Below are positions 41,591 to 52,083 of a stretch of DNA of 64,000 bases, in pieces. A program made the position numbers and the translations under genes. Location: sequence record NC_025447.1; one strand, 5' to 3'. Source of the DNA: Escherichia phage 121Q. Below the pieces are notes generated by a model. That model worked only from the letters and a program-made list of their open reading frames with translations. It made no database searches and had not been told where the DNA came from. Positions within the stretch are counted from its first letter, which is position 1; every line of letters begins with the position of its first letter.

Positions 41591-43984
41591 ATGACAACTT
41601 TTACCCCACGTTGGGATATAAAAGCCGATGCTCGATATATACAAGAAGGACAAGACATTCTTGTGCGTTTGAGTATCAATAAAGAAAGCACAACGGATGA
41701 TAGCTATGTATTAAACGAAGATGAATACTTAGAGATGATTCTTAATATACAATGCTTGGATAGTTCAGGTGCTGTATTTGATCCAGAACCACATTATACT
41801 TTTTATGTTGGTAATGACGAAAATAGTTTTATTCCTATTTCAGATGGAACAACTGGTAATAAATTAGTAAATGGTAAGCATAAGTGTAAGATTAGCAAAA
41901 CAGAATTTAACTTATCATCAAGTACTAATACTGAAGATGTTTATTTTATAAAAATTCATTGTAAAAATGACGGAACATATAATAATACTGAAAATATAAA
42001 TTTTTATTTACAAGCAGTAAATGTTATGTATTTTGGGAATATTTCACCAAGTGGAGTTTTAGGATTAACAGATACTTCAATAACATATGATAGTCAGGAA
42101 GTTTGGGTTACACCTGGAGTTGAGATTGGTGATGACAAAAAACTTTATTGTATTGGTGATGTTGAGTATGGTTCAAACAGTACATTGTTTGTTCAAGGGT
42201 TTGGGAGAAGAAGACCTTTTATACTCGGTACTGACATGACTACCGATATTACCCCTCGTGTATTCTTTCCTGCATATCGTTTGATTGACATGGATATATC
42301 TGAAGTTCCAGATAAACATATTACTAATGATTATGCCGTATTTAAACCAGCACAACCAACATGGCCTATTTCTGGCATAAACAAAGAAGTAAAAGTTAAT
42401 ATTCAAAATAGAAATGGTAATTTAATTGATTCAGGTATGGTTTTTAACCCTAATGGACAATTACTACAAACATTTTTATATGATTCAGATGCGTGTGATG
42501 CATATTTCAAAGTTGAAATTGTTGATATATTAAGTACATACACAGAAGAAAGCGAAAGGTTTGCTATCAATCAAAGATATAAGGCATATCAAATGTGGGT
42601 TTGTCCTGAAGATATTGACACTATATATTCTATAGCTGACAAACCACTACCGAATCATTTATATCAATTAAAAGATAACGTTGTATATCCCTATGTGATT
42701 AGTGGTGAGTACGACAATGGGTCAATTAAACCAGTTTATGATAGTAGTGATTGGATTGATTTGGGATATTATGACTCTACTCTTGGTGATAATATCATTG
42801 GTATGCAGAAAATGTTCAGGGTTTTGATTAACGCTGAAGAAGGTAATAATATAAACTTTGTTACTGATAGTGATTTGGGAACTATACATGTTGGTGAATA
42901 TTTTGGAGACAGTACCTATCCTAGAATAGAAACTGATAGTTCAAATCAGGTTTCGTATGTTTTGGATGGTGGTGATGATATTAGGAAGTATGGAATAGAT
43001 TTGACACCTGACGGATATCTTGTTGGAACTGCATATGCCAAAAGTATTGACTTTAGTGAAAACGATGACATTAAACTATCGTTTTATGTTAAAGCATTTA
43101 GTACTGAAGGTGGCGAAGCAAGGAAAATATTTAACCTTAAGATTGTAAGAGGGTTCGGTCAGAATTATTTGAGTGCACATGTACTACCGTCTGTTGCATT
43201 TGAGCGAGAGTGGTTTAAATGTATCAGTACTTCATCATTTACTAATCAACTTTTTTTCCGTCAATCTGATAATAGGTATGGTCTTCAGAAAGTTCCTAGG
43301 ATGTTATTGAAAGAAAACTTTCTAAGTCAAACGTACCCATATACTAATCTTTCGGATATCAAAAAAGTATTACGAAATAGTATCATTAATCCAAATGGCT
43401 CTACTATACCAAATGGAAAATTTAAAATGGTAATGGGTAATTATAAATTGATATCAGCACTTGACAATCAAGGCAATTTGCAATATGATTTATTATATAG
43501 AGAAGTTTTACCTGAAGGTTCTTTAGTATCTGTATCCAAAAATCCTCGTATGTATACTCAAATAGATAATGGTCAGCTTGGTGAACTGTTTGGTCTACGT
43601 CAAAATATCTTTCAAGCTATTGGTGAAGACACAACAAACTTGGTAAAAGATCCAACTGATTTACAAAATCGTGGTCTATACGTTGATGCTATACCAAGTA
43701 TCAGCGATGAAATGCTTGATACCGTTCCAAGATTTATGAATCACCCATACATTGAAGATGGTATACAGAAAAAATTCATGCCTATTATCCCAGTCGCATT
43801 TTGTCAGCCAGGTAAAGGTGAAGCATTTTTCAACACTTTACTTCAGAATAATGAACATGGTACAATGGTAGGTCTAGAGTTTGAAATCACATCTGTCGAA
43901 TTTGGGTACTTTTCACATGAATCAGTAAATTATGTACCAGATACATTTGTGATTACATTGCAAAACAATAACATAGGAGGTTAA
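41591..43984 (+). CDS. large hypothetical protein, possibly late or structural
   Basis: TATAAATA at 41545-41552 and GGAG RBS before ATG 41591 (ORF track begins 41564). Confidence 0.5.
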   Translation: MTTFTPRWDIKADARYIQEGQDILVRLSINKESTTDDSYVLNEDEYLEMILNIQCLDSSGAVFDPEPHYTFYVGNDENSFIPISDGTTGNKLVNGKHKCKISKTEFNLSSSTNTEDVYFIKIHCKNDGTYNNTENINFYLQAVNVMYFGNISPSGVLGLTDTSITYDSQEVWVTPGVEIGDDKKLYCIGDVEYGSNSTLFVQGFGRRRPFILGTDMTTDITPRVFFPAYRLIDMDISEVPDKHITNDYAVFKPAQPTWPISGINKEVKVNIQNRNGNLIDSGMVFNPNGQLLQTFLYDSDACDAYFKVEIVDILSTYTEESERFAINQRYKAYQMWVCPEDIDTIYSIADKPLPNHLYQLKDNVVYPYVISGEYDNGSIKPVYDSSDWIDLGYYDSTLGDNIIGMQKMFRVLINAEEGNNINFVTDSDLGTIHVGEYFGDSTYPRIETDSSNQVSYVLDGGDDIRKYGIDLTPDGYLVGTAYAKSIDFSENDDIKLSFYVKAFSTEGGEARKIFNLKIVRGFGQNYLSAHVLPSVAFEREWFKCISTSSFTNQLFFRQSDNRYGLQKVPRMLLKENFLSQTYPYTNLSDIKKVLRNSIINPNGSTIPNGKFKMVMGNYKLISALDNQGNLQYDLLYREVLPEGSLVSVSKNPRMYTQIDNGQLGELFGLRQNIFQAIGEDTTNLVKDPTDLQNRGLYVDAIPSISDEMLDTVPRFMNHPYIEDGIQKKFMPIIPVAFCQPGKGEAFFNTLLQNNEHGTMVGLEFEITSVEFGYFSHESVNYVPDTFVITLQNNNIGG

Positions 43985-43985
43985 T

Positions 43986-44297
43986 ATGTTTAATCCGTTT
44001 TTTGACCCGTCTGGGATGACGGAGAAAGAACTACAGTTGAAAATTAATGAACAGTCAATGCGTATAACTTCAGCCCGTGCCGCTGGTATGAGTGATATGA
44101 TTATTGGTAATATGCAAACTGTGTTAAATCAATGTTATGCTGAACTAGAACTTCGTCAAGGACAAAAAGAAAAATCTGTTTATGATGAAGAAGACTCATG
44201 TATCTTCGACATGGATTCTTATCTAACTGACAATGAAGAGGCCCAGAAAAAGAAAAATGAAAGTACAAGGAAACAGATTTATAAGTCCCAATGGTGA
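43986..44297 (+). CDS. hypothetical protein
   Basis: AGGAGG RBS. Confidence 0.5.
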   Translation: MFNPFFDPSGMTEKELQLKINEQSMRITSARAAGMSDMIIGNMQTVLNQCYAELELRQGQKEKSVYDEEDSCIFDMDSYLTDNEEAQKKKNESTRKQIYKSQW

Positions 44298-44775
44298 TGT
44301 AAAATGTAATCTTAACGCAGTAGTTTATGCAATCAATTGCGGTGCGGATATCCAGTACTTACAATTGCAGGAAATTGATGAACCTGAAAGGTTGAAATTC
44401 AATGATAACTGTAAAAAATTTGGCTTAGAACAACGTATGCTGGATTATACTATCGAGCATGATAAAAATCATGAACTTTGGCGTTATGATCCAGTATACG
44501 ACAATATAAATCTACGTGACTTTTTCTTACAAAAATGTACATCAGATGAAGCACGAAAGCGTGTTGAGTATGAACTAGATTTATATGAATATTATAATAT
44601 GACAAAGCTATTAAGATGTATGATATGGCTTGTTGATTATATGGAAGAAAATGAGATCTTTTGGGGTCTAGGGCGTGGAAGCTCGGTTGCATCATACTGT
44701 TTGTTTTTGATTGGTCTACACATGGTAGATTCATTGAAATACGAACTCGATGTTAATGAATTTTTGAAATGGTAG
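44233..44775 (+). CDS. hypothetical protein
   Basis: Overlaps upstream ORF by about 65 nt, no clear SD; start uncertain. Confidence 0.4.
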   Translation: MKRPRKRKMKVQGNRFISPNGDVKCNLNAVVYAINCGADIQYLQLQEIDEPERLKFNDNCKKFGLEQRMLDYTIEHDKNHELWRYDPVYDNINLRDFFLQKCTSDEARKRVEYELDLYEYYNMTKLLRCMIWLVDYMEENEIFWGLGRGSSVASYCLFLIGLHMVDSLKYELDVNEFLKW

Positions 44776-44784
44776 CAAAACATG

Positions 44785-44793
44785 TGATATAAT
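44785..44793 (+). promoter_or_regulatory. extended -10 promoter element inside a 10-bp inverted repeat
   Basis: TGTGATATAATG; TGTGATATAA (44783-44792) pairs with TTATATCACA (44807-44816). Confidence 0.5.
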
Positions 44794-44838
44794 GTTTATT
44801 GTAGGCTTATATCACACATACAATAAAAGGATTTTGAT

Positions 44839-45183
44839 ATGTCTAAACATACAACTTATCGTGGTACAACAATTGACATGGATATGCTCAAGTACCAAAA
44901 TCAACATCAGGTAGCATTGGGTAATGCTAATCTAAACGCACGTGGTGATAAAATTGGTTCAGGTGGAACAATTATCAAAACTCGTGAAGAGTTGATACAA
45001 GAAAAAGAAAGAGAAATGCAAATTCCTGATTATATCCCTGAACACCAACTTCATAGTACTGAACATAGTTCTGAGGAAGTATGGGATGATGAAAGTTTTG
45101 AAGTTAAGCCCGAAGCACAAGAAGCTGAGGTTTCTGAAGAGAAGAAAGCCCCACGTCGAGCAAAAACTAAAGATCAGGAGTAA
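44839..45183 (+). CDS. hypothetical protein
   Basis: AAAAGGA RBS; downstream of extended -10 promoter. Confidence 0.5.
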   Translation: MSKHTTYRGTTIDMDMLKYQNQHQVALGNANLNARGDKIGSGGTIIKTREELIQEKEREMQIPDYIPEHQLHSTEHSSEEVWDDESFEVKPEAQEAEVSEEKKAPRRAKTKDQE

Positions 45184-45191
45184 TGTATTAA

Positions 45192-45518
45192 ATGTCTAAT
45201 AAAGTAATGACTGCATGTAAAGGTAAAGTACTAGTCACTGAACTGGAACATGGTGAACGCAAAACAGCAGGTGGAATCGTTTTAACAAACGATGACGGTA
45301 AAATTAGAGGTATTCGTTCTCGCTGGGCTAAAGTATATTCAGTAGGCGAAGACATTACTGATATTAAAGAAGGTCAATGGATTTTAATTGATCATGGTCG
45401 TTGGTCAAGAACGATTGAGGTTGATGGTATTGAACTAAACCTAGTTGATTACCCTGCCGCTGTTAGTTTAGTATCTGATGAAGACCCACGCACTAAAATG
45501 CTAACCTTTGGACGTTGA
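45192..45518 (+). CDS. 31: co-chaperonin GroES/gp31-like
   Basis: TAGGIVL mobile-loop region and about 108 aa length. Confidence 0.7.
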   Translation: MSNKVMTACKGKVLVTELEHGERKTAGGIVLTNDDGKIRGIRSRWAKVYSVGEDITDIKEGQWILIDHGRWSRTIEVDGIELNLVDYPAAVSLVSDEDPRTKMLTFGR

Positions 45519-45532
45519 TAAAATATAATTAA

Positions 45533-45560
45533 AGCTCGGATTAATATCTGGGCTTTTTAT
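45533..45560 (+). terminator. intrinsic terminator
   Basis: 9-bp stem with two G-U pairs then TTTTT. Confidence 0.55.
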
Positions 45561-45574
45561 TTGGACACATTTTG

Positions 45575-45844
45575 ATGATAACGGATGATGGAAAATTTAG
45601 TTTCAAAGATGTAACATTAGTATCAAAAAACGGAAGATTCATGTTTGAAGATAGAAAAAATACAAAATATGTATATGAAGTTTCACATGATATGTTTAAA
45701 GTTTTATTAGTTGCATCGGCCCAAGCTGAAAGTACTGGGATTAAAAATAAGGCAAATTCTTTTAATTTTTTATTAAATCAATTGGAAATGACAGAAGAAC
45801 TTTTCACGGCTTTATTATATAATTCAGCCGATTGGATTCTATAA
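45575..45844 (+). CDS. hypothetical protein
   Basis: ORF-track frame, ATG at 45575. Confidence 0.4.
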   Translation: MITDDGKFSFKDVTLVSKNGRFMFEDRKNTKYVYEVSHDMFKVLLVASAQAESTGIKNKANSFNFLLNQLEMTEELFTALLYNSADWIL

Positions 45845-45867
45845 CACGTACACATAAGGAAATAAAA

Positions 45868-46821
45868 ATGACCACACTATGGACTGAAAAATATCGCCCA
45901 CAATCAATGGAAGATTATGTATCAAAAAATGATGCACTACGCCAGAAAATGGAAGAATGGATTAAAACTGGTGACATTCCACATATTGGGTTTTTTGGCC
46001 CAGCAGGAACTGGTAAAACATCTGCGATCAAAGTACTCATTAATGGATTGGTACAGAATGGACACCTTGACCCAAGTGATGTGACTACGCTTAACATGTC
46101 GGATGAGGGTATTGATGCAGTTCGTGATAAAATCGATGCCGCAGCAAAGCTATCATGTTTTGGTAGGTATCGTATCTTTGTTCTTGAAGAAATGGAGCAG
46201 ATGAACCATAAAGCACAAGGTAGTTTGAAACGTGTAATGGAAGACTATCATGAAAATGCTCGCTTTATTTTAACAAGTAACGAACCACATAAAATTCAAA
46301 AACCTATCATTTCTCGTGTTCAAGTTATTACAATCGAAAAGCATGATATGGAACAATTCATGACTCGAATTTATAATATTCTTCTAGCAGAAGGTGTTGA
46401 TTTGAGTAGTGATGATAGTGTTGAACAAGTTCAAAAGTATATCAATGCTTCCTATCCTGATTTCCGTAAAACACTAAACGTATTGCAAAGTTCAGTTGTT
46501 GATGGTAAGCTAGTAAAACTTGAAGATAGTATTGAAAATTCAGCAGGGTATCGTACTGCAATTGTTGAAGCATTAAAGGCAGGAAACATTCGCCAAATGC
46601 GTGAACAAATTGTACAAAATATCCCTGATGATGAGATGGATGCATTCTTTTCTTATCTGTATCGTAATGCTGAAATGTTCAGTACTGATGAAATTACTCT
46701 TATGAAAATCAAGGTTAAGATTCGTGATGCTGTTGTAAAACAAGCAACTGTATCTGACCGTGAAATGAATCTCAGTGCACTTCTGTGCGAGATTGACCTA
46801 ATTTGTTCGGGGAACATGTAA
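45868..46821 (+). CDS. 44: clamp loader subunit (gp44/RFC-like AAA+)
   Basis: KYRP box, Walker A GPAGTGKTS, Walker B FVLEEME, sensor SRVQVI; start at ATG 45868 with AAGGA RBS. Confidence 0.8.
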   Translation: MTTLWTEKYRPQSMEDYVSKNDALRQKMEEWIKTGDIPHIGFFGPAGTGKTSAIKVLINGLVQNGHLDPSDVTTLNMSDEGIDAVRDKIDAAAKLSCFGRYRIFVLEEMEQMNHKAQGSLKRVMEDYHENARFILTSNEPHKIQKPIISRVQVITIEKHDMEQFMTRIYNILLAEGVDLSSDDSVEQVQKYINASYPDFRKTLNVLQSSVVDGKLVKLEDSIENSAGYRTAIVEALKAGNIRQMREQIVQNIPDDEMDAFFSYLYRNAEMFSTDEITLMKIKVKIRDAVVKQATVSDREMNLSALLCEIDLICSGNM

Positions 46822-47447
46822 TGAAACCACGTTGTATAGTTTTTGATTGTGATGAAGTTCTATTGGACCATATGGGTATGCTTTCTGAGTTCGTAAAACA
46901 AACTTATAATATCACACCATCAACACCATACCCATTAGAATATGATTTATCCGATTGGTTGGGTGTCCCCCAACAAGAAGTTAAAAAAATTCTTGAACAA
47001 TTCAACCAACAATCATATTTGTTTGGGTTGTTAAAACCAGTCGAACCTAATACAGTTGATATTGTACAAGAGCTACGTGATCGTTTTCATAAAGAAAAAT
47101 TTGTAGTACTAACAAAATGTGGCAAAAAAGGTTATGGAGAAGTTTTACGTAATGTAAACCTAATGCGTGAATTTGGTGAAAACTGTTTTGATGAGATTAT
47201 TATTATTGAAATGAACGAATCAAAGAAACAAGCACTAGAGGATTTACAGTCTAGATATGATGTAAAACTTATGATTGATGATTATATCAATAATATTGAA
47301 ACTGCAATGGGACTTGGTATTCCGTCAGTTATGATGGGATGTTCTCATAATTCAATGTATAAGAACACTGGTAATTTTGAATACATTGAGAATTGGACAG
47401 ATCTTAGATTGAAAATTTATTCAGTACTAGGTAAATATTACAAATAA
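46821..47447 (+). CDS. HAD-family hydrolase, possible 5-prime(3-prime)-deoxyribonucleotidase
   Basis: N-terminal DxDx motif (VFDCDEVLL); start overlaps upstream stop. Confidence 0.45.
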   Translation: MKPRCIVFDCDEVLLDHMGMLSEFVKQTYNITPSTPYPLEYDLSDWLGVPQQEVKKILEQFNQQSYLFGLLKPVEPNTVDIVQELRDRFHKEKFVVLTKCGKKGYGEVLRNVNLMREFGENCFDEIIIIEMNESKKQALEDLQSRYDVKLMIDDYINNIETAMGLGIPSVMMGCSHNSMYKNTGNFEYIENWTDLRLKIYSVLGKYYK

Positions 47448-47459
47448 AACTTTTAAATT

Positions 47460-47494
47460 GGGGGGTTTGAATCAAACCCCTTTTGTTGTTTTTT
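47460..47494 (+). terminator. intrinsic terminator
   Basis: GGGGTTTG / CAAACCCC stem followed by long T-rich tract. Confidence 0.8.
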
Positions 47495-47545
47495 AAAAGT
47501 AGTAAATAGTATTATATGTGCTAGTTTTTAAGGATAATATAAAAT

Positions 47546-48109
47546 ATGGACGATTTAGATTATACAGATAATGCTATTCAGCAGTTGTATGATAACAGTG
47601 GTATGTTAGATATACTTCTTGCTGTAGAAAAATATTTCGATGATAATGATTTGTATGCGTATAAAGGAATTATTGAGGGTGAGTTGGTAGAGGGACCAAT
47701 TGTAAGTAAGTATTGGTGTACTGTAACATTTAAATACTATCGTGAAAATTTCCCTGATCCTACAGCATTCTCTATTTTGGAGAAGCATGGTACTAAAGTG
47801 TATGTTAAAGCTGATTATGAAATAACTCCTATCAAAGAACCTAATCGACAAGCTGATATGAAAAGTGTTGCGACACAATCAGGATCGGTACGTATACCAA
47901 AAAATGAAAGAATCCCAGTACTATTGGTTAGAGTGCAGATTCCACGAAACTTAATTAATCCAGAAAGTTTTGATGAATATAAACTAATGGCAGCAGAATT
48001 CAATAGTAATCCAATGAATTCACCAGAAAATTTTGAAGAACCTGTAACTGGTGATGATGTAGATTTGGATGTGGAAGTAACGGATGAGACACAAGAAGGT
48101 GGAATGTAA
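47546..48109 (+). CDS. hypothetical protein
   Basis: AAGGA RBS. Confidence 0.5.
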   Translation: MDDLDYTDNAIQQLYDNSGMLDILLAVEKYFDDNDLYAYKGIIEGELVEGPIVSKYWCTVTFKYYRENFPDPTAFSILEKHGTKVYVKADYEITPIKEPNRQADMKSVATQSGSVRIPKNERIPVLLVRVQIPRNLINPESFDEYKLMAAEFNSNPMNSPENFEEPVTGDDVDLDVEVTDETQEGGM

Positions 48110-48789
48110 TGAAAAAGAAATTAAATGAACAAGGCTTACGTCCGCAAGTTCTCAAAGATTTGATTCATCCTATAATTAGTGTTGATGAATATACTCCTAA
48201 AATTGAAGATAGTAATATTGTTATTATGTTTCAGGTTCTTAACAATTTTGATGCAGCATATGATTTATCTTCTTTTATTGAAAAATCACCTATTGATGTA
48301 GTTGATACAGAAGCAGCAGAAACACCAAATTTAGATGGTCGATATCAAGTTTATGTGGAAATGGAACGAAATGCTGAATTCCCTGAAAAACTTTTACGTT
48401 TAATTAAAACTATTGAAAATATTTGTCCAGACCCAGGTTGGAAAATACAACTATATGGTGTTAATGACCCAATCGATGTTGATTTTGAAGAAATACAGCA
48501 GAGAATTGATTTGGGCATTCCTAGTTCAATTAGTGAGTTCCTTGATTATGCTGGTGTTTCAGTAATCAAAGAAGGAAACATGTTGACATTAAAAACAGCA
48601 TATGGTAAATTACACTACAGTACTGGAAGCGGTTTTGTTTCAGAAACATATGTGAAAAAGTTATTAAAGAATGATACACAATTAGACACTTCGCGTCTTA
48701 GTTCCATACTAGGGGAAAGCTATACAGTACTACGAAGTGGTGATCAATATGTAATTGGAAGAAACGGGAAATATTTGGTGTTGCGATGA
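48109..48789 (+). CDS. hypothetical protein
   Basis: Overlapping start/stop. Confidence 0.5.
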   Translation: MKKKLNEQGLRPQVLKDLIHPIISVDEYTPKIEDSNIVIMFQVLNNFDAAYDLSSFIEKSPIDVVDTEAAETPNLDGRYQVYVEMERNAEFPEKLLRLIKTIENICPDPGWKIQLYGVNDPIDVDFEEIQQRIDLGIPSSISEFLDYAGVSVIKEGNMLTLKTAYGKLHYSTGSGFVSETYVKKLLKNDTQLDTSRLSSILGESYTVLRSGDQYVIGRNGKYLVLR

Positions 48790-49604
48790 GAATTTTAAAT
48801 ATGCTTAAATCTCTTCACGAAACAACCAAATTACATCAGGATGAAAAGTATCGTCGCAGCCTTACTAAAGATTTAGCATGTCGTATGTATATGCGTAGAT
48901 TTGAAATTTCAAGAATTGGTAAAGGCTGGGATGATGTAAATCGTGAAGACATTGATCCAGATGCAATTTTTAAAGCATACATGGCTAGAAAAGTTTTCAT
49001 AAATGAAAAAACTTTTTATATTGATAGTGATAGAGAATTAGAAAATAAATTTACAAAAGGTTTATGGAAGATATGGTGTGTTGAAGTATTCGGTGAAGTA
49101 TTACCTGAGCCACCTGTTCCAGAAACTTATAAAGATTTAAAAAGTATTTTTGATAATGAACATATACATTCAAATTTCTCATTATATGATACTGTGTCAG
49201 AAGCTGTATTTTATGGTGAGTTACATGGTCATAACAAATACTTTGATAGTATGGTTAGTTTTGATTTGTTTTGTCACTTGCCTGGTGTATCAAGTTGGAC
49301 ATGTGACCAACACAGAGCAAGTAAGATTGATAAGCGAAAATTCTCGGCCCAAAGATTTATGCAAGTTGCTATGAGTATGTATAAACTTGATTATCTTGGT
49401 TGTCCAGAACCATATAAACATTTTTGGAAAGAAAGAGCACAAAAATGTTTAAACTATTGTATAATCCGTTTAATGGACACATACATTCTTAAGTTTAGAA
49501 ATGCAACTGTATACGACATGCCTGAACCACCAAAGAATGAAAAATATCCACCTGTCAAGACATTTGTATGGTACAAGGATAAAAGTAACAAAAGGATGCA
49601 CTAA
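48786..49604 (+). CDS. hypothetical protein
   Basis: ORF track; terminator follows. Confidence 0.5.
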   Translation: MRILNMLKSLHETTKLHQDEKYRRSLTKDLACRMYMRRFEISRIGKGWDDVNREDIDPDAIFKAYMARKVFINEKTFYIDSDRELENKFTKGLWKIWCVEVFGEVLPEPPVPETYKDLKSIFDNEHIHSNFSLYDTVSEAVFYGELHGHNKYFDSMVSFDLFCHLPGVSSWTCDQHRASKIDKRKFSAQRFMQVAMSMYKLDYLGCPEPYKHFWKERAQKCLNYCIIRLMDTYILKFRNATVYDMPEPPKNEKYPPVKTFVWYKDKSNKRMH

Positions 49605-49620
49605 GGTGCGTCCTTTTTTT
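49594..49620 (+). terminator. intrinsic terminator
   Basis: GGATGCAC / GTGCGTCC stem (one G-U) followed by T7. Confidence 0.7.
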
Positions 49621-49631
49621 CTTTTCAGGTG

Positions 49632-49660
49632 TTGACATGTGTAGTCGAAGTATGTACAAT
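49632..49660 (+). promoter_or_regulatory. sigma70-type promoter (TTGACA-17-TACAAT)
   Basis: Near-consensus hexamers and spacing, just after the terminator. Confidence 0.65.
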
Positions 49661-49701
49661 ATCACCATCGCGTAAATTTTAATTGATTATGAGGTTTTAT
49701 A

Positions 49702-50829
49702 ATGAAAGGTAAATATTTTTTCATTGAAAATGGCAAAGAAGTTGAGATTCAAGAATTTAACTATAATTATGTACTGAACTCTTTATTGAAACAATATGAC
49801 CGTTCATCAAACAAAAAATACATTTATAATGTAATTGTTCGCCGCACCTATGACTCATTGGGTAATCCGTTATTTGATGTAAAAACTCTGTCATTAGATG
49901 AAATCTATTTTGATAATAAACGTCTGAAAGTTCTTGATTTAATGAAGGATAAAATTCATTTTAGTAATATTAGAATTGATCCTAACATGCCAGTACCGCC
50001 ATTAGAGCGTGAATATCGTGAATGGAAAGAAGGTCGTGCCAAACCACGTTTAGACTTGGTACAAACATCACCAGATGTACCTGCACCTATTGTTCTTAAG
50101 AAAAAACCTATCAACCCAGACGATAGCAGAATTGATGACATTGAAAGATGGGTTGAATTCCCTAGTACTATTGAAAAGAATTCAGTAAAAGTACTAGACT
50201 GGTTTGTAAACTTACCAGTTTGTGCACAAGAAATTGGAACTAAGATTCAACAAATTTCAGAACGTCAATTGGATCTTAACTCAGCATTACAACAGCATAG
50301 TGATTATATTAGAATGCTTATGAATAACCTTACTGTTGCGTTGGAAACGTTGTTCCCATTGAAGCCGACCTTTACACAGAAATTGTTTGGTAAAACTGAT
50401 ATCAAAGTGCAACCATCAGATTTGCCAAAAGTGATGAAAGCACTAAATGAAGCAGTTAAATATGACACTAATAAGTTTAGTGGTCTTAGTACGATGTTTT
50501 CAGAACTTAGAAACGAAGTTAATGAAATCAAAAATGAACTTGAATATGGTAAGTTGGGTTGTGAATACGCACTACGTTGTGTGGATGATGCGTTTGAATA
50601 TGAATTAACATTAGAACGTATTATGAAAATGGGAATCACCACCTCCATGACTGAAACGAGCATTATTGCAACAAGTAAGCAATATCAAGTTGATATGAAT
50701 CGTATGGTAGATATTCAAACTATTACTATTCCTTTGATTATCAATCGTTTACAATCACAGACAGGTAAAGCCGTAGATGAGAGTACTGTAGAGATTATTC
50801 GTAATCTGGCATATGGTAACAAAGAGTAA
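49702..50829 (+). CDS. hypothetical protein
   Basis: Consensus sigma70 promoter upstream, GAGG RBS. Confidence 0.55.
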   Translation: MKGKYFFIENGKEVEIQEFNYNYVLNSLLKQYDRSSNKKYIYNVIVRRTYDSLGNPLFDVKTLSLDEIYFDNKRLKVLDLMKDKIHFSNIRIDPNMPVPPLEREYREWKEGRAKPRLDLVQTSPDVPAPIVLKKKPINPDDSRIDDIERWVEFPSTIEKNSVKVLDWFVNLPVCAQEIGTKIQQISERQLDLNSALQQHSDYIRMLMNNLTVALETLFPLKPTFTQKLFGKTDIKVQPSDLPKVMKALNEAVKYDTNKFSGLSTMFSELRNEVNEIKNELEYGKLGCEYALRCVDDAFEYELTLERIMKMGITTSMTETSIIATSKQYQVDMNRMVDIQTITIPLIINRLQSQTGKAVDESTVEIIRNLAYGNKE

Positions 50830-50837
50830 AAAAATAC

Positions 50838-50866
50838 TTGACTATCATACGTGCTGCCCGTATAAT
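50838..50866 (+). promoter_or_regulatory. sigma70-type promoter (TTGACT-17-TATAAT)
   Basis: Near-consensus; -10 flanked by inverted repeat GTGCTGC / GCAGCAC. Confidence 0.65.
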
Positions 50867-50914
50867 GTTTATCACAGAGCAGCACATCATATTAAATTAA
50901 ACGAGGAATACTAA

Positions 50915-52051
50915 ATGTCCGAGAAAGAAATCAATCCTAAAAAAGCATCCACCGCAGCTAAATCAGCAAAACGTACTACTAAAACTGCGACTAAAGGTCA
51001 TACAATTGATGCAAGTGATATTTTTAACCAAACTACAAAATCACTACCAGTACTGAAAGATGTTAAGGGAAATACTATGTCTCTAACAGTTCAAAACATC
51101 AATACTGTTGGTACAACTGCTGGTGCTGCTGTTGGGCGTTTGGCTGATGAAATTATGTCTAAAGTTAATGTAACGGATGACAATACCGAGTTTGGTAAAT
51201 CAATCACCACAATTCTTACGTTGACTCGTGCAGTTGATATTGATAGTCTTCAAGAAGATAAATCAATTGTTGGTCGTATTAAGAAATTCTTTGTTAATGC
51301 TCAACAGAAAGTAGGTGATCAGTACAAAAACAGTAAAGAGCAAATTGACGAAATTATGAAAACTCTTCAAACTGGTATTAATCGCCAGCACGGAGAATGT
51401 GAATGGCTTGATAAAGCATATAATGAAAACAAAGAATATTTGTTTGAATTGCGTGATACATTAGTTGGTTTAGAAGAAGTGACTAAAACACAAGATGCAT
51501 TATTAGTAGAAATGCAAGCAGACAAAAATGTAGACTCTTTTGCTATTCAAGAGCAAAAGATGATTTGTGAAGCACTTTCTAAACAAGAAGATAAGATTCG
51601 TCGTCTTATCATGATGTGCGAGCTAAGTGGTCCACGTTTGATGAGTATGAAAAAAGTAAACTTAAACACTGTTTCTAAGTTTGAAGATTTAAAATCTGTT
51701 GTTATTCCAGCATGGAAGTCTCAATTGGCTGAACAGTTAATTTCCGAGCGTCAACGTAAGGATAATGAACTAGGCAATCTGATTGATAATGAGACAAACC
51801 GTCTTTTGGAAACTAACTCTAAAATGGTTGCAGCAAATATGTTGGACGCAGCAAAGGCAAACAACCGTGGTATTGTGGATATTAAAACCTTGCGTAATGT
51901 ACATAAAACGATGATTGACAGTATTGAAGCAGTTATTGAAGAAGAGAAAAAAGGTAAATTGGAACGTGAACGTGCTAAACAGGAAATTGCACAACTTTCC
52001 TATGAACTGGAAGACACTCTTCGTGAAATTGCCGAAAAAGCTAACAAGTAA
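50915..52051 (+). CDS. hypothetical coiled-coil protein
   Basis: Consensus promoter upstream, GAGGAA RBS. Confidence 0.55.
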   Translation: MSEKEINPKKASTAAKSAKRTTKTATKGHTIDASDIFNQTTKSLPVLKDVKGNTMSLTVQNINTVGTTAGAAVGRLADEIMSKVNVTDDNTEFGKSITTILTLTRAVDIDSLQEDKSIVGRIKKFFVNAQQKVGDQYKNSKEQIDEIMKTLQTGINRQHGECEWLDKAYNENKEYLFELRDTLVGLEEVTKTQDALLVEMQADKNVDSFAIQEQKMICEALSKQEDKIRRLIMMCELSGPRLMSMKKVNLNTVSKFEDLKSVVIPAWKSQLAEQLISERQRKDNELGNLIDNETNRLLETNSKMVAANMLDAAKANNRGIVDIKTLRNVHKTMIDSIEAVIEEEKKGKLERERAKQEIAQLSYELEDTLREIAEKANK

Positions 52052-52054
52052 TAG

Positions 52055-52083
52055 TTGACATATGAGTGCGTTTTTAATATAAT
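52055..52083 (+). promoter_or_regulatory. sigma70-type promoter (TTGACA-17-TATAAT) upstream of dexA-like gene
   Basis: Perfect hexamers; -10 lies in the loop of the 52065-52100 hairpin. Confidence 0.65.

Noticed and set aside
50915-52051. TelA-like (tellurite resistance) assignment for the 378-aa coiled-coil protein
   Set aside because: Only a general size and coiled-coil resemblance; I cannot recall a matching motif, so it is left as hypothetical.
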